Virus record (IMG/VR): IMGVR_UViG_3300021959_000014 | From: an uncultured virus (IMG/VR IMGVR_UViG_3300021959_000014) | Lineage: Duplodnaviria; Heunggongvirae; Uroviricota; Caudoviricetes | Direction: 5' to 3' (one strand) | Length of the DNA stretch: 64,000 bases | Shown here: in pieces, positions 49,168 to 58,198 of the stretch | Position numbering within the stretch: position 1 is the stretch's first letter | Layout: each line of letters begins with the position of its first letter | Made by a program: the position numbers and the translations under genes | Notes under the pieces: generated by a model | What the model saw: the letters and a program-made list of their open reading frames with translations, nothing else | The model's database searches: none | Told to the model about the DNA's origin: nothing

Positions 49168-51636
49168 TTATGCTTCTGGTTCTTCTGCTGGTTCTTCAAA
49201 ATCAACAGGTTCATCTGTTAAATCAGCTCCTTCTTCTTCTCCTGCATCTGCTGTATCATCTCCATCTGGGGTATCTTCTCCGGAATCTCCTCCTCCTTCT
49301 TCTCCAGGAAAATCTCCGCCACTTCCGCTTGATGATCCACTATCTGTTTCTGGGGCTGGTTCTGCTGGTTCTTCTGGTTCTCCCATTGGACCTTCCTTAT
49401 ATAAAATTGCTAACTTATCCAATGCTTGTTGAAATTCATTTATCTTATTTAAGAAGTATCTTTTACCCAGTATCTGAGCTTCAAAGCCTTTACCTGTCCA
49501 CTTCAAAATGTAATCCTGTCCATTGGTTAAGTTAATTCTAAATTCCGTTGGTCTCGGTGATATCCAATCAATCTTGTTAACAAATTCTTTAAAGTCTTCT
49601 GTTTGAAGTCTTATTAACACTGCTTTTAGTGTAGGAAATTTTTCTAACATTATATCCGTAGCATCTTCTAAAATTGTTTCTGATCCTATCTCTTCATTGA
49701 TTCCGTCAATAGTTCTCTTATCGTATTCAGCTGATAAGAAGTCATTAAAGTAACTGTTCATATTAAAGTTACTAGGTAACTTTGTATTAGCATCTTGATC
49801 TTCTATTCTTTTATGCATGTAGTTAATAAAGTTAGCTTCAACTTTATCGTCTACTATTGCAGATGCTTTATCATCAACATCCATTTTATCCAAAAACGTA
49901 TTGGTTGTTTTACCATCTTGTTTTTTAGCTAAAGCTCTAATAACATCTATACCTGTTTTTACGTTTCCTATCCCAGGTATAAAACCTATTGCTGCATCTA
50001 GTGCTCCACCTACTTTTTTTGCTACTATTTTAGTTTTAGTAAGTTTTATAAATTTCTGTAGGTCTCCAAAAGTTTGTATTTTATTTAGCTTTCCTGAGTC
50101 GCTGTTTTCTTCTTCCTTTAATATTTCATCCATCTCTGTGGAAGAATCTACTACAGTTATATCGTTAGCTCCTAAGTCCATTACTACATCGTAAACGAAT
50201 GCTTGTGGATCTTCGTCTGGTTCTTGATAAAATTCTGAATCTGGGTTTTCTGAGTCATCATACATGTCGTCGAAACCGGCTTCATGTTTAAATATAAAGT
50301 AGATAATAACATTACCGTTTCCGTCATTGTCAACAACCTCCATCTTAACATAAGTTGGATCTACGTTTTGATCTAAGATAGCCATAGCTTTCTTATAATC
50401 GTGTAATTTTACTTTAATGTAGTGATGATCATCTCCTTCACCTTCACTTAGGTTAGCTGCTTTTATCTTTTCAATATCGTCTTTATCTAGGAACTCTGAA
50501 GCTAATGCTGGATCGTTAGCAATCTTATTAGCTGCATCTGCTCTTACAGTGTGGTCAGCATCTTCTGCTTCTTCCTCAGACCATCCAAGGTATTCCATTG
50601 CAACTTCTGATGTTCCCATATCATCTAGTAACTCTTCTATATGAGCAACTACGCTATCTCTATGCTTATCAATAAACGTACTATCAGCAAATATCTCAGT
50701 AACTTTACCAACTGCTTGGTCGTAGGTCATTCTCTTATTGTATATGCCTGCTGCTTTTTCAATAGCATTGTCAATTTTATTTAATTGATCTCCGTACATA
50801 TCTGATACTGGACCACCTTGAGGTTCGGTACCTGGATCGTTTTCCATTTCTCTTTCTACTTGTGCTCTTTTGATTTTTAACTTACGAACTATCTCTCTAG
50901 CTTTTTGTTCTTTTCTTTCTGCACTAGCTTGTGTTCTTACAGCAGCTCTACCTTCAGGGGATTTTGAATAAGCATCTAATTTTTTCATTTTATCTGAATG
51001 CATCTTAGCTTGCCTTATCTTTACCATAACCGGGTCATTCATATCAGTTACTTCTCTTAAGTGGTTCATGTAAGGTTCTTCTGTACCGTCTACAAAAGTT
51101 ACTGTCCAGTCTTCGGGGTCTAGGCCTACTTTATTTATTCTAGCTACCTCTTTACTCCCTATTGATAACCTATATTCCTTTAGAGCTGATATGTTCTCCT
51201 CTAAAGACCTAGTTGATTTCATAAGTTCATATTGATCTGGTCTTTCTGTTCTGAGGTATTTTTGTATCTGTCTAAAATTAGATTTGATCAGTTCAAATAA
51301 CTCTCTTGCAGCTTTATCACTTCTAACATCGGCACTGTTCATTAACTGTCTTACATCATCTATTATATCTGAGTATCCGAAATATAGGCTTTGAAAAGAA
51401 GGGAGATCATATACTTTGTGATCAACCGAGTTTGTTTCTTTATTAATTTTATGAGTAAAGTAGTATGTCTCTAAGTTTGCACTAACAAAATCCTGTTCAG
51501 GATCTACCGATTTACCGTATCTCTTTTCTAGTGCTTTCCTCATTACAGGAGTTAAGTCGTCTAAGCGAAGCACTTTTTTGTCCTCTCTTAAAACTTCAGC
51601 ATAGCTTTCTAGTATTAGTTTTTCTAATTTATGCAT
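49168..51636 (-). CDS. Large modular protein (822 aa), putative protease-processed head polyprotein
   Basis: MHKLEKLILE|SYAEVLRE leader; junctions LEE/LKE, LRE, VTE, LSE, MDE/LKE, INE/ILE; acidic disordered tail. Confidence 0.75.
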   Translation of the reverse strand: MHKLEKLILESYAEVLREDKKVLRLDDLTPVMRKALEKRYGKSVDPEQDFVSANLETYYFTHKINKETNSVDHKVYDLPSFQSLYFGYSDIIDDVRQLMNSADVRSDKAARELFELIKSNFRQIQKYLRTERPDQYELMKSTRSLEENISALKEYRLSIGSKEVARINKVGLDPEDWTVTFVDGTEEPYMNHLREVTDMNDPVMVKIRQAKMHSDKMKKLDAYSKSPEGRAAVRTQASAERKEQKAREIVRKLKIKRAQVEREMENDPGTEPQGGPVSDMYGDQLNKIDNAIEKAAGIYNKRMTYDQAVGKVTEIFADSTFIDKHRDSVVAHIEELLDDMGTSEVAMEYLGWSEEEAEDADHTVRADAANKIANDPALASEFLDKDDIEKIKAANLSEGEGDDHHYIKVKLHDYKKAMAILDQNVDPTYVKMEVVDNDGNGNVIIYFIFKHEAGFDDMYDDSENPDSEFYQEPDEDPQAFVYDVVMDLGANDITVVDSSTEMDEILKEEENSDSGKLNKIQTFGDLQKFIKLTKTKIVAKKVGGALDAAIGFIPGIGNVKTGIDVIRALAKKQDGKTTNTFLDKMDVDDKASAIVDDKVEANFINYMHKRIEDQDANTKLPSNFNMNSYFNDFLSAEYDKRTIDGINEEIGSETILEDATDIMLEKFPTLKAVLIRLQTEDFKEFVNKIDWISPRPTEFRINLTNGQDYILKWTGKGFEAQILGKRYFLNKINEFQQALDKLAILYKEGPMGEPEEPAEPAPETDSGSSSGSGGDFPGEEGGGDSGEDTPDGDDTADAGEEEGADLTDEPVDFEEPAEEPEA

Positions 51637-51639
51637 ATC

Positions 51640-53835
51640 TTATTTGCTAGTATTATTTTTATTGTCGTCTATGCCCTGGTAGTTTATATCTTTGAATTCC
51701 ATTGCAGATTTTACTGCACCTTGTGCAAATCTCTTTACTTCTCTTCCGGGGATTTGTATATAGTCAAAACCACTGCCATTTAATTTCGGCACTGTAATCT
51801 GTAAGCTAGGTCCGTTTACTTTGCCTCCTGCATATCTTGTGAATGTAAAATAAGAATCTTGATAAAGGTCTGTAGACTCTTTTAGTTTCTTTCCTTTTAC
51901 TTCATTGTAGTAATCTTCTTCTTCTTCGTCATTATATCCCCAAGGATCATCATCGTAATCATCTTCATCATCTTCAAATTCAGGTTCATAATCAAATATA
52001 TCACCTACGTTATTAGGAGTATATTTACCTTGTCTAGATTCAATATAATCTAAAATCATATCTAAAGCATCTTTGAGCATTCTTTCATAAGAACTATCTC
52101 CAGAGGGTTCATCTAATACTTTAATCATTGCTGATTTTAAAGGATGATTGGCATTAACTAAAAATGAGTGGGCAGGTCCTGCAGTTTCTGTCCCATACCC
52201 TTGAAAGTATTTATCTCCATCATTGTAGAAACGGTAAGCTATTCTATTTATAGCTCGTAGCATTTCACCTTCTACTGTTTCTGATTTACCTTGCCCTGCT
52301 ACTAATGCATCATATAAAGGTTCGTTTCTATCTTCTAATTCTTTGCCTACAAATTCCTTTAACATACTACCTTCAGCTATATCAGCATCTAATTCAAACT
52401 TCTTAAATTTATCTACGTCATTAATGCTTTTAATATGAACCCTCTTACCGTCTTTATCTAATCCGTATACTTTAGAACCATCATTTCCAGGTTTCTTTAG
52501 CTCTGCTTTAGCTCTACGTTTAGATACTGATGAACCTATTCCTAAGTCCTTTCTAGTAGCTTCGAATAAATCTTTAGCTTTTAATACTTTTTCTAAGTCA
52601 AATATAGCATTATGCATTGAATCTAATTTAACCTTTAAGTCTTTATCTTTAGCAGCGATCATCTTTAATGGATTTGAATGTCTAAACTTAAACATTGCTC
52701 CATTAATATCTGCTACTGCTTTCTTTACTAAAGCTTTTGAGTTATCAGCATCTAATTCGTTTAAATTTTCACTAACTCTTTTACCTAATCCAGGTAAATT
52801 TCTAAGATCTTGAACGTACTCATCTGTCTTAACAATTATAGTACCTAGATTAGTATCTTCTCCATCTGGGTCTTTAAATAAAGTAATTTTAGATACTCCA
52901 GGGTTAAAGTTAGGATCTTTGTCTTTAAAGTTACTGTTATAGTACTGTGTTTGATGCATTTGGTATTTTTCACCTTCGTGCTCTAAATTATGATACTGAA
53001 CGTGTACAAACATTGGTGCATACCTTCCCATTCTAGCTTTAATAGGACTCTTATCATGAGCTTTTAAAGCTTCTACGGCAGCATTTTCACTTGCTACTCC
53101 TTTAGGAAGTAAGTCAGCAAATACACCTTTACCGAACATATCAGGCCCTCTTTCGTTAGCATCATCTATTACTTCTGATCCTTTAAAGCTGTGGTCTGTA
53201 AATTCTTTTAGTATATTTTTAGTTTCATTTACCGATGCAACTGATTTAAAGTGTTTAATAAGTTCGTTTTTTAATACATCTTGATTTATAAATGCTTCAC
53301 CGGATGGTTTCACTCCTATATCAACTAATTTTTTGTTAAAAGAAAAATCAGCTAAATGAAGATTACCGTTTTGAATATGAAATGCAAATTCATCTTCTCC
53401 TTGTTCACCTTTATATGTAACATGTATATCAAATGAATTTTCTTCTAAACGATGTGCTTTAATTCTTGCAACTTCATCTCCTAGTGTTTTTAGACATTTA
53501 GTTAGTGATCTACCTACTTGAGTTATCATACTTCTCATATCGTCAACTGAGAAGTTTACATTGTTCTCTTCGTTTTCTTCTATTTTATCTACTAAGTCTA
53601 CATTAACTCCCTGTTTAGTAAGCTTCTCTGCTTTTCTTTCATCATCTGTGCGGACTGTTCCATCTTCTTCTTTTAGTAGTGAGAGTTTATTAAGAATGGA
53701 TTCTTTAAGGGTTGTGAGTTTAACTGTTGTTTCCTTAACAAATGTAGTGGAGTGCTTTAAATCTGTGTTTGTATTCAAATCTTTTAAAGCAGTTTCTACC
53801 TTAATTAAGCGTTTTTTAAGCTCTTTATAGGTCAT
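51640..53835 (-). CDS. Large modular protein (731 aa), putative protease-processed head polyprotein
   Basis: Junctions LKE, IEE, VNE/LKE, VSE/LNE, LFE, IAE/LKE, YNE/LKE separate compositionally distinct segments. Confidence 0.75.
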   Translation of the reverse strand: MTYKELKKRLIKVETALKDLNTNTDLKHSTTFVKETTVKLTTLKESILNKLSLLKEEDGTVRTDDERKAEKLTKQGVNVDLVDKIEENEENNVNFSVDDMRSMITQVGRSLTKCLKTLGDEVARIKAHRLEENSFDIHVTYKGEQGEDEFAFHIQNGNLHLADFSFNKKLVDIGVKPSGEAFINQDVLKNELIKHFKSVASVNETKNILKEFTDHSFKGSEVIDDANERGPDMFGKGVFADLLPKGVASENAAVEALKAHDKSPIKARMGRYAPMFVHVQYHNLEHEGEKYQMHQTQYYNSNFKDKDPNFNPGVSKITLFKDPDGEDTNLGTIIVKTDEYVQDLRNLPGLGKRVSENLNELDADNSKALVKKAVADINGAMFKFRHSNPLKMIAAKDKDLKVKLDSMHNAIFDLEKVLKAKDLFEATRKDLGIGSSVSKRRAKAELKKPGNDGSKVYGLDKDGKRVHIKSINDVDKFKKFELDADIAEGSMLKEFVGKELEDRNEPLYDALVAGQGKSETVEGEMLRAINRIAYRFYNDGDKYFQGYGTETAGPAHSFLVNANHPLKSAMIKVLDEPSGDSSYERMLKDALDMILDYIESRQGKYTPNNVGDIFDYEPEFEDDEDDYDDDPWGYNDEEEEDYYNEVKGKKLKESTDLYQDSYFTFTRYAGGKVNGPSLQITVPKLNGSGFDYIQIPGREVKRFAQGAVKSAMEFKDINYQGIDDNKNNTSK

Positions 53836-53866
53836 GTTAATGTTTTTTAATTTTATAGCTATATAA

Positions 53867-53874
53867 ATAAATAG
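53867..53874 (-). promoter_or_regulatory. Putative late promoter CTATTTAT (overlapping tandem copy)
   Basis: CTATTTATTTATAT about 30 nt upstream of ATG 53835. Confidence 0.6.
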
Positions 53875-53897
53875 ATTCTTTTTATTAAATCTCTGTA

Positions 53898-54098
53898 TTA
53901 CTGACAGTGGTAGTTTAAGTACCTCTGTAATGCTTTTGCAAAATGTGTTCCTTTATCTTTTAATTTACTTTTTTCTTTACGTACTTTTGAACAAGATAGT
54001 TTTCCAATCCTCTTTTTTAATATACCCGGTTTTACCGGATCGTGTGGACCTTCATATAGCACCTCAAGTATTACATCTTTTAAATCGTTCCTATTCAT
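53898..54098 (-). CDS. Small basic protein with leader MNRNDLKDVILEVLYE
   Basis: 66 aa; Lys-rich body after the LYE|G site. Confidence 0.7.
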   Translation of the reverse strand: MNRNDLKDVILEVLYEGPHDPVKPGILKKRIGKLSCSKVRKEKSKLKDKGTHFAKALQRYLNYHCQ

Positions 54099-54103
54099 GT
54101 TAG

Positions 54104-54301
54104 TTATATTGCATTTCTTTTTTTAAGTTCCAAACTAATTACTTTTCTTTTTCTCTTCATAGAAGGGCTATCGAGATGCTTTAACAGCTCCTTTGTTGAT
54201 GTACTTGCAACTGTATAGTGCTTCCATTCCCATTTGCTGGTCATTCTACCGTTACGGTCTTTTTTATATTCTTTAGAACTTGGTTTTAGTTTTGGTGCCA
54301 T
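54104..54301 (-). CDS. Small highly basic hypothetical protein
   Basis: 65 aa, ATG, K/R-rich, fills the gap in the operon. Confidence 0.65.
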   Translation of the reverse strand: MAPKLKPSSKEYKKDRNGRMTSKWEWKHYTVASTSTKELLKHLDSPSMKRKRKVISLELKKRNAI

Positions 54302-54314
54302 TTTAATATTACTG

Positions 54315-54995
54315 TTATTTCTCTTTCCATATATCCCCTCGTCTACATCTTACCACTGCTCCTGAGGCATAAGCTGATGGCCATGTGTCGTATTTCTGTT
54401 TTGCTAATCTAGTACATCTATCGTCTTTCTTCTCGTTTAAATTACCGTCAGTATAAGCATCGTATCTATCTTCATCGCTTTGTGCATAATTTAACATATC
54501 GTTCAAATCGTAATCACTATGAAGTTTTGGATTCAAAATAGTTACAGCGTTAGGTAAATCGTCTCCTCTTCCTATATGGAGTTCATAATCTACGCCAGGT
54601 TTGTATTTACTTCTTAAGTGGTTAACAACGTCCTCAATAGCGTCTAAATCGTATCCAAAGCTAATTAAGTTTTGAGGGTTTTTTATTTCGTTTACCATCC
54701 CTACTACTAGGTTTGTTAAATCTTCTTTTGTTACCTTTGCTTTTTTTGTATTCTTCACGACTGTCTTTCCTTTACTTCCTGCTTTCTTTTTCTTTGCTGC
54801 AGTAGCGGCTCTTTGGCCTTTTGTTAAACTCTGTGCTTTTGATTTCGGCAAGCACCTATCCGGATTTTTTTTATTCTTTGAAGTACCACAGTCTCCTGCT
54901 ATGTTACCAGAAGATGATATTCTTACCCATTTTTCTTTTTTAAACCAATCTCTTAATGACTCTTTAACTATATCTCTTACTGTACTTTGTTTCAT
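54315..54995 (-). CDS. Modular basic Cys-containing protein (LRDWF..EKWV and WPSAYASG modules)
   Basis: 226 aa; leader VRDIVKE|S; junctions VNE|I and LNE|K. Confidence 0.75.
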   Translation of the reverse strand: MKQSTVRDIVKESLRDWFKKEKWVRISSSGNIAGDCGTSKNKKNPDRCLPKSKAQSLTKGQRAATAAKKKKAGSKGKTVVKNTKKAKVTKEDLTNLVVGMVNEIKNPQNLISFGYDLDAIEDVVNHLRSKYKPGVDYELHIGRGDDLPNAVTILNPKLHSDYDLNDMLNYAQSDEDRYDAYTDGNLNEKKDDRCTRLAKQKYDTWPSAYASGAVVRCRRGDIWKEK

Positions 54996-55351
54996 TACTG
55001 TATACGTATTACTTCTGATAATAGTTTAATTACTACACCAGCGAGAACTGTAAATATAATCCAAAGAGCTTTCTGTACACTATCTTTCCATTTTTTTAAA
55101 TCTTGTATTTCTTGAAGTTTATTGAAAAAATCTTTTTCATTATCTTCCATCCTTTTACGGAAAGCTGAGTTTTGATTGGTTTTAACTATAGTACCGTCTT
55201 CTGGGTTTAGTAATGTATACTTGAGATCCGACATATCATCTTTCAGTCCTTTAACGTCTTTCAGCATAATTTTTAGTTCACCGTTAGGCATATGCTTTTT
55301 TATGTGAACTAATTCTTTAAGTACTGATTCAAGTAAATCTTTTTGTGTCAT
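54995..55351 (-). CDS. Coiled-coil protein with one C-terminal transmembrane helix
   Basis: ALWIIFTVLAGVVIKLL hydrophobic segment at the C-terminus. Confidence 0.7.
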   Translation of the reverse strand: MTQKDLLESVLKELVHIKKHMPNGELKIMLKDVKGLKDDMSDLKYTLLNPEDGTIVKTNQNSAFRKRMEDNEKDFFNKLQEIQDLKKWKDSVQKALWIIFTVLAGVVIKLLSEVIRIQ

Positions 55352-55383
55352 ATTAACTATGCTAGAATTTGTATATATATCTT

Positions 55384-55391
55384 ATAAATAT
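55384..55391 (-). promoter_or_regulatory. Putative late promoter ATATTTAT
   Basis: About 33 nt upstream of ATG 55351. Confidence 0.55.
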
Positions 55392-55394
55392 AGT

Positions 55395-55970
55395 CTATTC
55401 TAGCTTAAGTTTTAAAAATTCTATATACTCCTGTAATTCTTTAGTAATTTTTCTTTTTGTTTCCGTTTCATTACTTTTCCAGTCCTCTATATCTCCTTGC
55501 TCTGTTACAAATGTTTGCTTAGATGAGTTGTTTATATGCTCAATTTTTTGCTCAAATGCTTTGATAAAGTATTTAATATTACCCTTGTTAACACTTCTAA
55601 TGTAGTCTTCAAATAATCCGTTTTTCCTGAGCTCTTCCGTATATGTCATATAACAGTTAAAACACATTTTTGATTTCTTATATGTCTCTTTACTCAGGTA
55701 GTAATTCATTGGTCCGCTGCATTTAGGACAGGTAAGAGGAGTCTGCATTGCTTTTTTTGCTGCGTCAAACTTGGTAACGTTTTGTTTTATCCCGTTCTTT
55801 ATTACCCATTGTTTTCCATTTTCTTCCCAAACTTCACCTTCTTTATGTACTGTGTATGTTTTTTTATACCCTATCTGTGACTTAGTAGATGCAGTATAAT
55901 CTTTTTTAATAAGATTTCTCATGCGCTCTACATCAGCTTTTTTAAACTCTTTTTTTAGTTTATTACTCAT
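55395..55970 (-). CDS. Zinc-ribbon (CxxC...CxxC) hypothetical protein
   Basis: CPKC and CFNC pairs; GEVWEENGKQW motif. Confidence 0.75.
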   Translation of the reverse strand: MSNKLKKEFKKADVERMRNLIKKDYTASTKSQIGYKKTYTVHKEGEVWEENGKQWVIKNGIKQNVTKFDAAKKAMQTPLTCPKCSGPMNYYLSKETYKKSKMCFNCYMTYTEELRKNGLFEDYIRSVNKGNIKYFIKAFEQKIEHINNSSKQTFVTEQGDIEDWKSNETETKRKITKELQEYIEFLKLKLE

Positions 55971-56553
55971 ATCCTAACTCTTTAAGACCGTTTAGTGCTT
56001 CTGTTATGTCTCCTCCTTTAACTCTAAACGCTATACCGCCTTTTGCTCTCCACTCTTCTATGTTTGACTTTTTATCATCAATGAGTATAGCATTAGGGTT
56101 AGCATAGTTTTGTTTATATGCTGAGTATGCAAATATTACTTTAGGTTTTGGAGTAAGTTGATTCTTAACCCAGAGGTTTTTACCTAATCTGGATGTGTTA
56201 TCTCTTGATGGTGAAGTAAGAAGCGATGGATTGTATTTAGATATAAAGCTCCAGAGTTCTTTTCCTCTTGGCATCCAGTCCATTCCTACCCAGAATGATA
56301 CACCAACTATTTGGTCTATAAATTTCCAGAATTCAGTCATGCCGAATATTGCCTCAAAATCTTTTGGCTTAATTACTTTTTTTATGTCCTTAAGTGGGTA
56401 GTGATCAGGACCAACCTCATTTACTTTATCAAAGAATCTTTTTTCGAAGTCTGTTAATACTCCGTCCATATCGCAATATATCTTATACTTTGATGTTTTT
56501 TCTGCTACTGTTGGTGGGTGTGCATCTAATAAATCTATTATACTTGTATTCAT
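55963..56553 (-). CDS. HAD-superfamily 5'(3')-deoxyribonucleotidase-like protein
   Basis: IYCDMDGVL (motif I), LLTSP (motif II), K, ILIDD (motif IV). Confidence 0.85.
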   Translation of the reverse strand: MNTSIIDLLDAHPPTVAEKTSKYKIYCDMDGVLTDFEKRFFDKVNEVGPDHYPLKDIKKVIKPKDFEAIFGMTEFWKFIDQIVGVSFWVGMDWMPRGKELWSFISKYNPSLLTSPSRDNTSRLGKNLWVKNQLTPKPKVIFAYSAYKQNYANPNAILIDDKKSNIEEWRAKGGIAFRVKGGDITEALNGLKELGYE

Positions 56554-56583
56554 AACCTTTTTTTAGTTTATACTATTCTTTCT

Positions 56584-56614
56584 TAATATACGAATTTTTT
56601 TTCTAACTACCAAC
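56584..56614 (-). promoter_or_regulatory. Putative early/middle promoter GTTG-N17-TCGTATATTA
   Basis: Same elements and identical spacing as the site upstream of the primase; resembles the Bacteroidota -33 TTG / -7 TAnnTT layout. Confidence 0.6.
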
Positions 56615-56629
56615 TGTTTACTGTTATTT

Positions 56630-58198
56630 CTATATAGTGTAAACCGGTGTAGATGTTTTGAAGTCTTTCTTTCTCATTATAGTCTTTGCGTACATATCTA
56701 TACCATCATCTGTAACATCAATTGCAAAAGGAACGTTAATATCATTGTTGAAATCTTTTACTACTGCGTTAATATCCGTATCTAATCTTGAAAGAGGTTT
56801 ACCATGTTTTCTATGTAACCTCTTAAACATACCAATTAGTTCTGGTACTGTTATTGTTTTACCGTTCCGGTCATCGTTAGCTCTGTCCAAAAAGTGTTTT
56901 GTAAACTCTATATCTATCCCTAACTTTATAAAAAGTTTATCTGCGTATTTTTCTATTGCGTTTAATTCTGTTTTTGTAATATTTTCACCTACAATTGATT
57001 CCTTTTTAGTCTTTTCTAAAGAGTCTCCTGCTTTTTTAGCAGCTTTATACGCTTTTGAGTTTTTATGAGAAGCTTTCTTTCCTTTCTTTTTCTTAGCATT
57101 AATATTAGCCCAGAGACCTTCTTCTAAACCTTTTAAACTATCCTCCCAGTTACGGAAAGTTATGTTGCCTAATAGGTACGCTTCTTTTTCTATCTCCATT
57201 AAGTACTCATCTTCATTTGTATTTGAAGTACCTATACGCCCTAACCTACCTTCTATGTTCTGAATATGGTGAATCATTTCGTGAGCAAAAGATCTAACGA
57301 TATCTTTATCGTGTCTTCCTTCTGCGAAAAGTACTATCTCTTTTAATGATGGACTGTAATATGCAGTTCTGCCGAAAAAGTTACTTGCTTCTATTGGGTC
57401 CCTTTTAATTTTTATTTCCGGTAAAGGTAATATGTTCATTTTACGGTCTAACATATATTCAGTCAAAGATGTTATATAATCTTTTAATTCTAGTTTCTTA
57501 CCTGCTTCTTCATTTATTTCTACCTCTAATTGTTCTACTTCGTTATTTTCGTTAAGAGCAAAATATTCATCTATAATTCCGCTGAGACTTGAGCTTATTA
57601 CTTCTGCTACTATTTTATCTTTCAAACCTGTAAGTATTGATAGTATTTCTTCTCTAGATAACTCTTTAGGGAAAAAATCTAAAATCTTATCTAAGTTACC
57701 CGATAGTATATTGTTTCTAAAATCTGTTGCTCTAATTGTTGACCCAGGTTTTGCTGCGAGTGCTAATCCTTTAACATTGGGAGCGTTTTTATAAGTAGTA
57801 ACTCTCCTTAAATCTACAAAATCTTTCTCACCTCTTATTCCTGTTACTGATGCGAATTCTTGTTCAGGGTTAGCTTGTGCATAATCTTTGGCTGCAAACA
57901 TTGGGTTGCTCCCTCCGTCTTTTATCTCAACATTACCTAAGTATTTAGCATAAGTATTCCATATAGACATTGATTCATCTTTAGATATACCGTTTCTCTC
58001 ACCTGCTCCTACGAAAACTATAACCTTGTCTATATTCGGTTTTTCACCGTTGCTGCCACCTAGAAGTGAAGCACCAGTTTCTTTGTAATTATCTTTATTA
58101 TATATTGAACCGTTATATGAGCCGTCTAATAATGACTTTACTACGTTGTAATGTCCTCTATGAGGAGGTTTATATGCGCCTGGGTATAATGCTATCAT
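56630..58198 (-). CDS. Multidomain protein: HxGH nucleotidyltransferase-like + zincin HExxH + basic peptide + C-terminal FTKHFLDR domain
   Basis: PGAYKPPHRGH and RATDFR (Rossmann NTase); FAHEMIHHIQ..EKEAY (zincin); GLWANINAKKKKG; IEFTKHFLDR. Confidence 0.8.
   Translation of the reverse strand: MIALYPGAYKPPHRGHYNVVKSLLDGSYNGSIYNKDNYKETGASLLGGSNGEKPNIDKVIVFVGAGERNGISKDESMSIWNTYAKYLGNVEIKDGGSNPMFAAKDYAQANPEQEFASVTGIRGEKDFVDLRRVTTYKNAPNVKGLALAAKPGSTIRATDFRNNILSGNLDKILDFFPKELSREEILSILTGLKDKIVAEVISSSLSGIIDEYFALNENNEVEQLEVEINEEAGKKLELKDYITSLTEYMLDRKMNILPLPEIKIKRDPIEASNFFGRTAYYSPSLKEIVLFAEGRHDKDIVRSFAHEMIHHIQNIEGRLGRIGTSNTNEDEYLMEIEKEAYLLGNITFRNWEDSLKGLEEGLWANINAKKKKGKKASHKNSKAYKAAKKAGDSLEKTKKESIVGENITKTELNAIEKYADKLFIKLGIDIEFTKHFLDRANDDRNGKTITVPELIGMFKRLHRKHGKPLSRLDTDINAVVKDFNNDINVPFAIDVTDDGIDMYAKTIMRKKDFKTSTPVYTI

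Noticed and set aside
48758..55365. 9-mer CTAGCATAG upstream of starts at 48756 and 55351
   Set aside because: Only two copies with different spacing; may be chance
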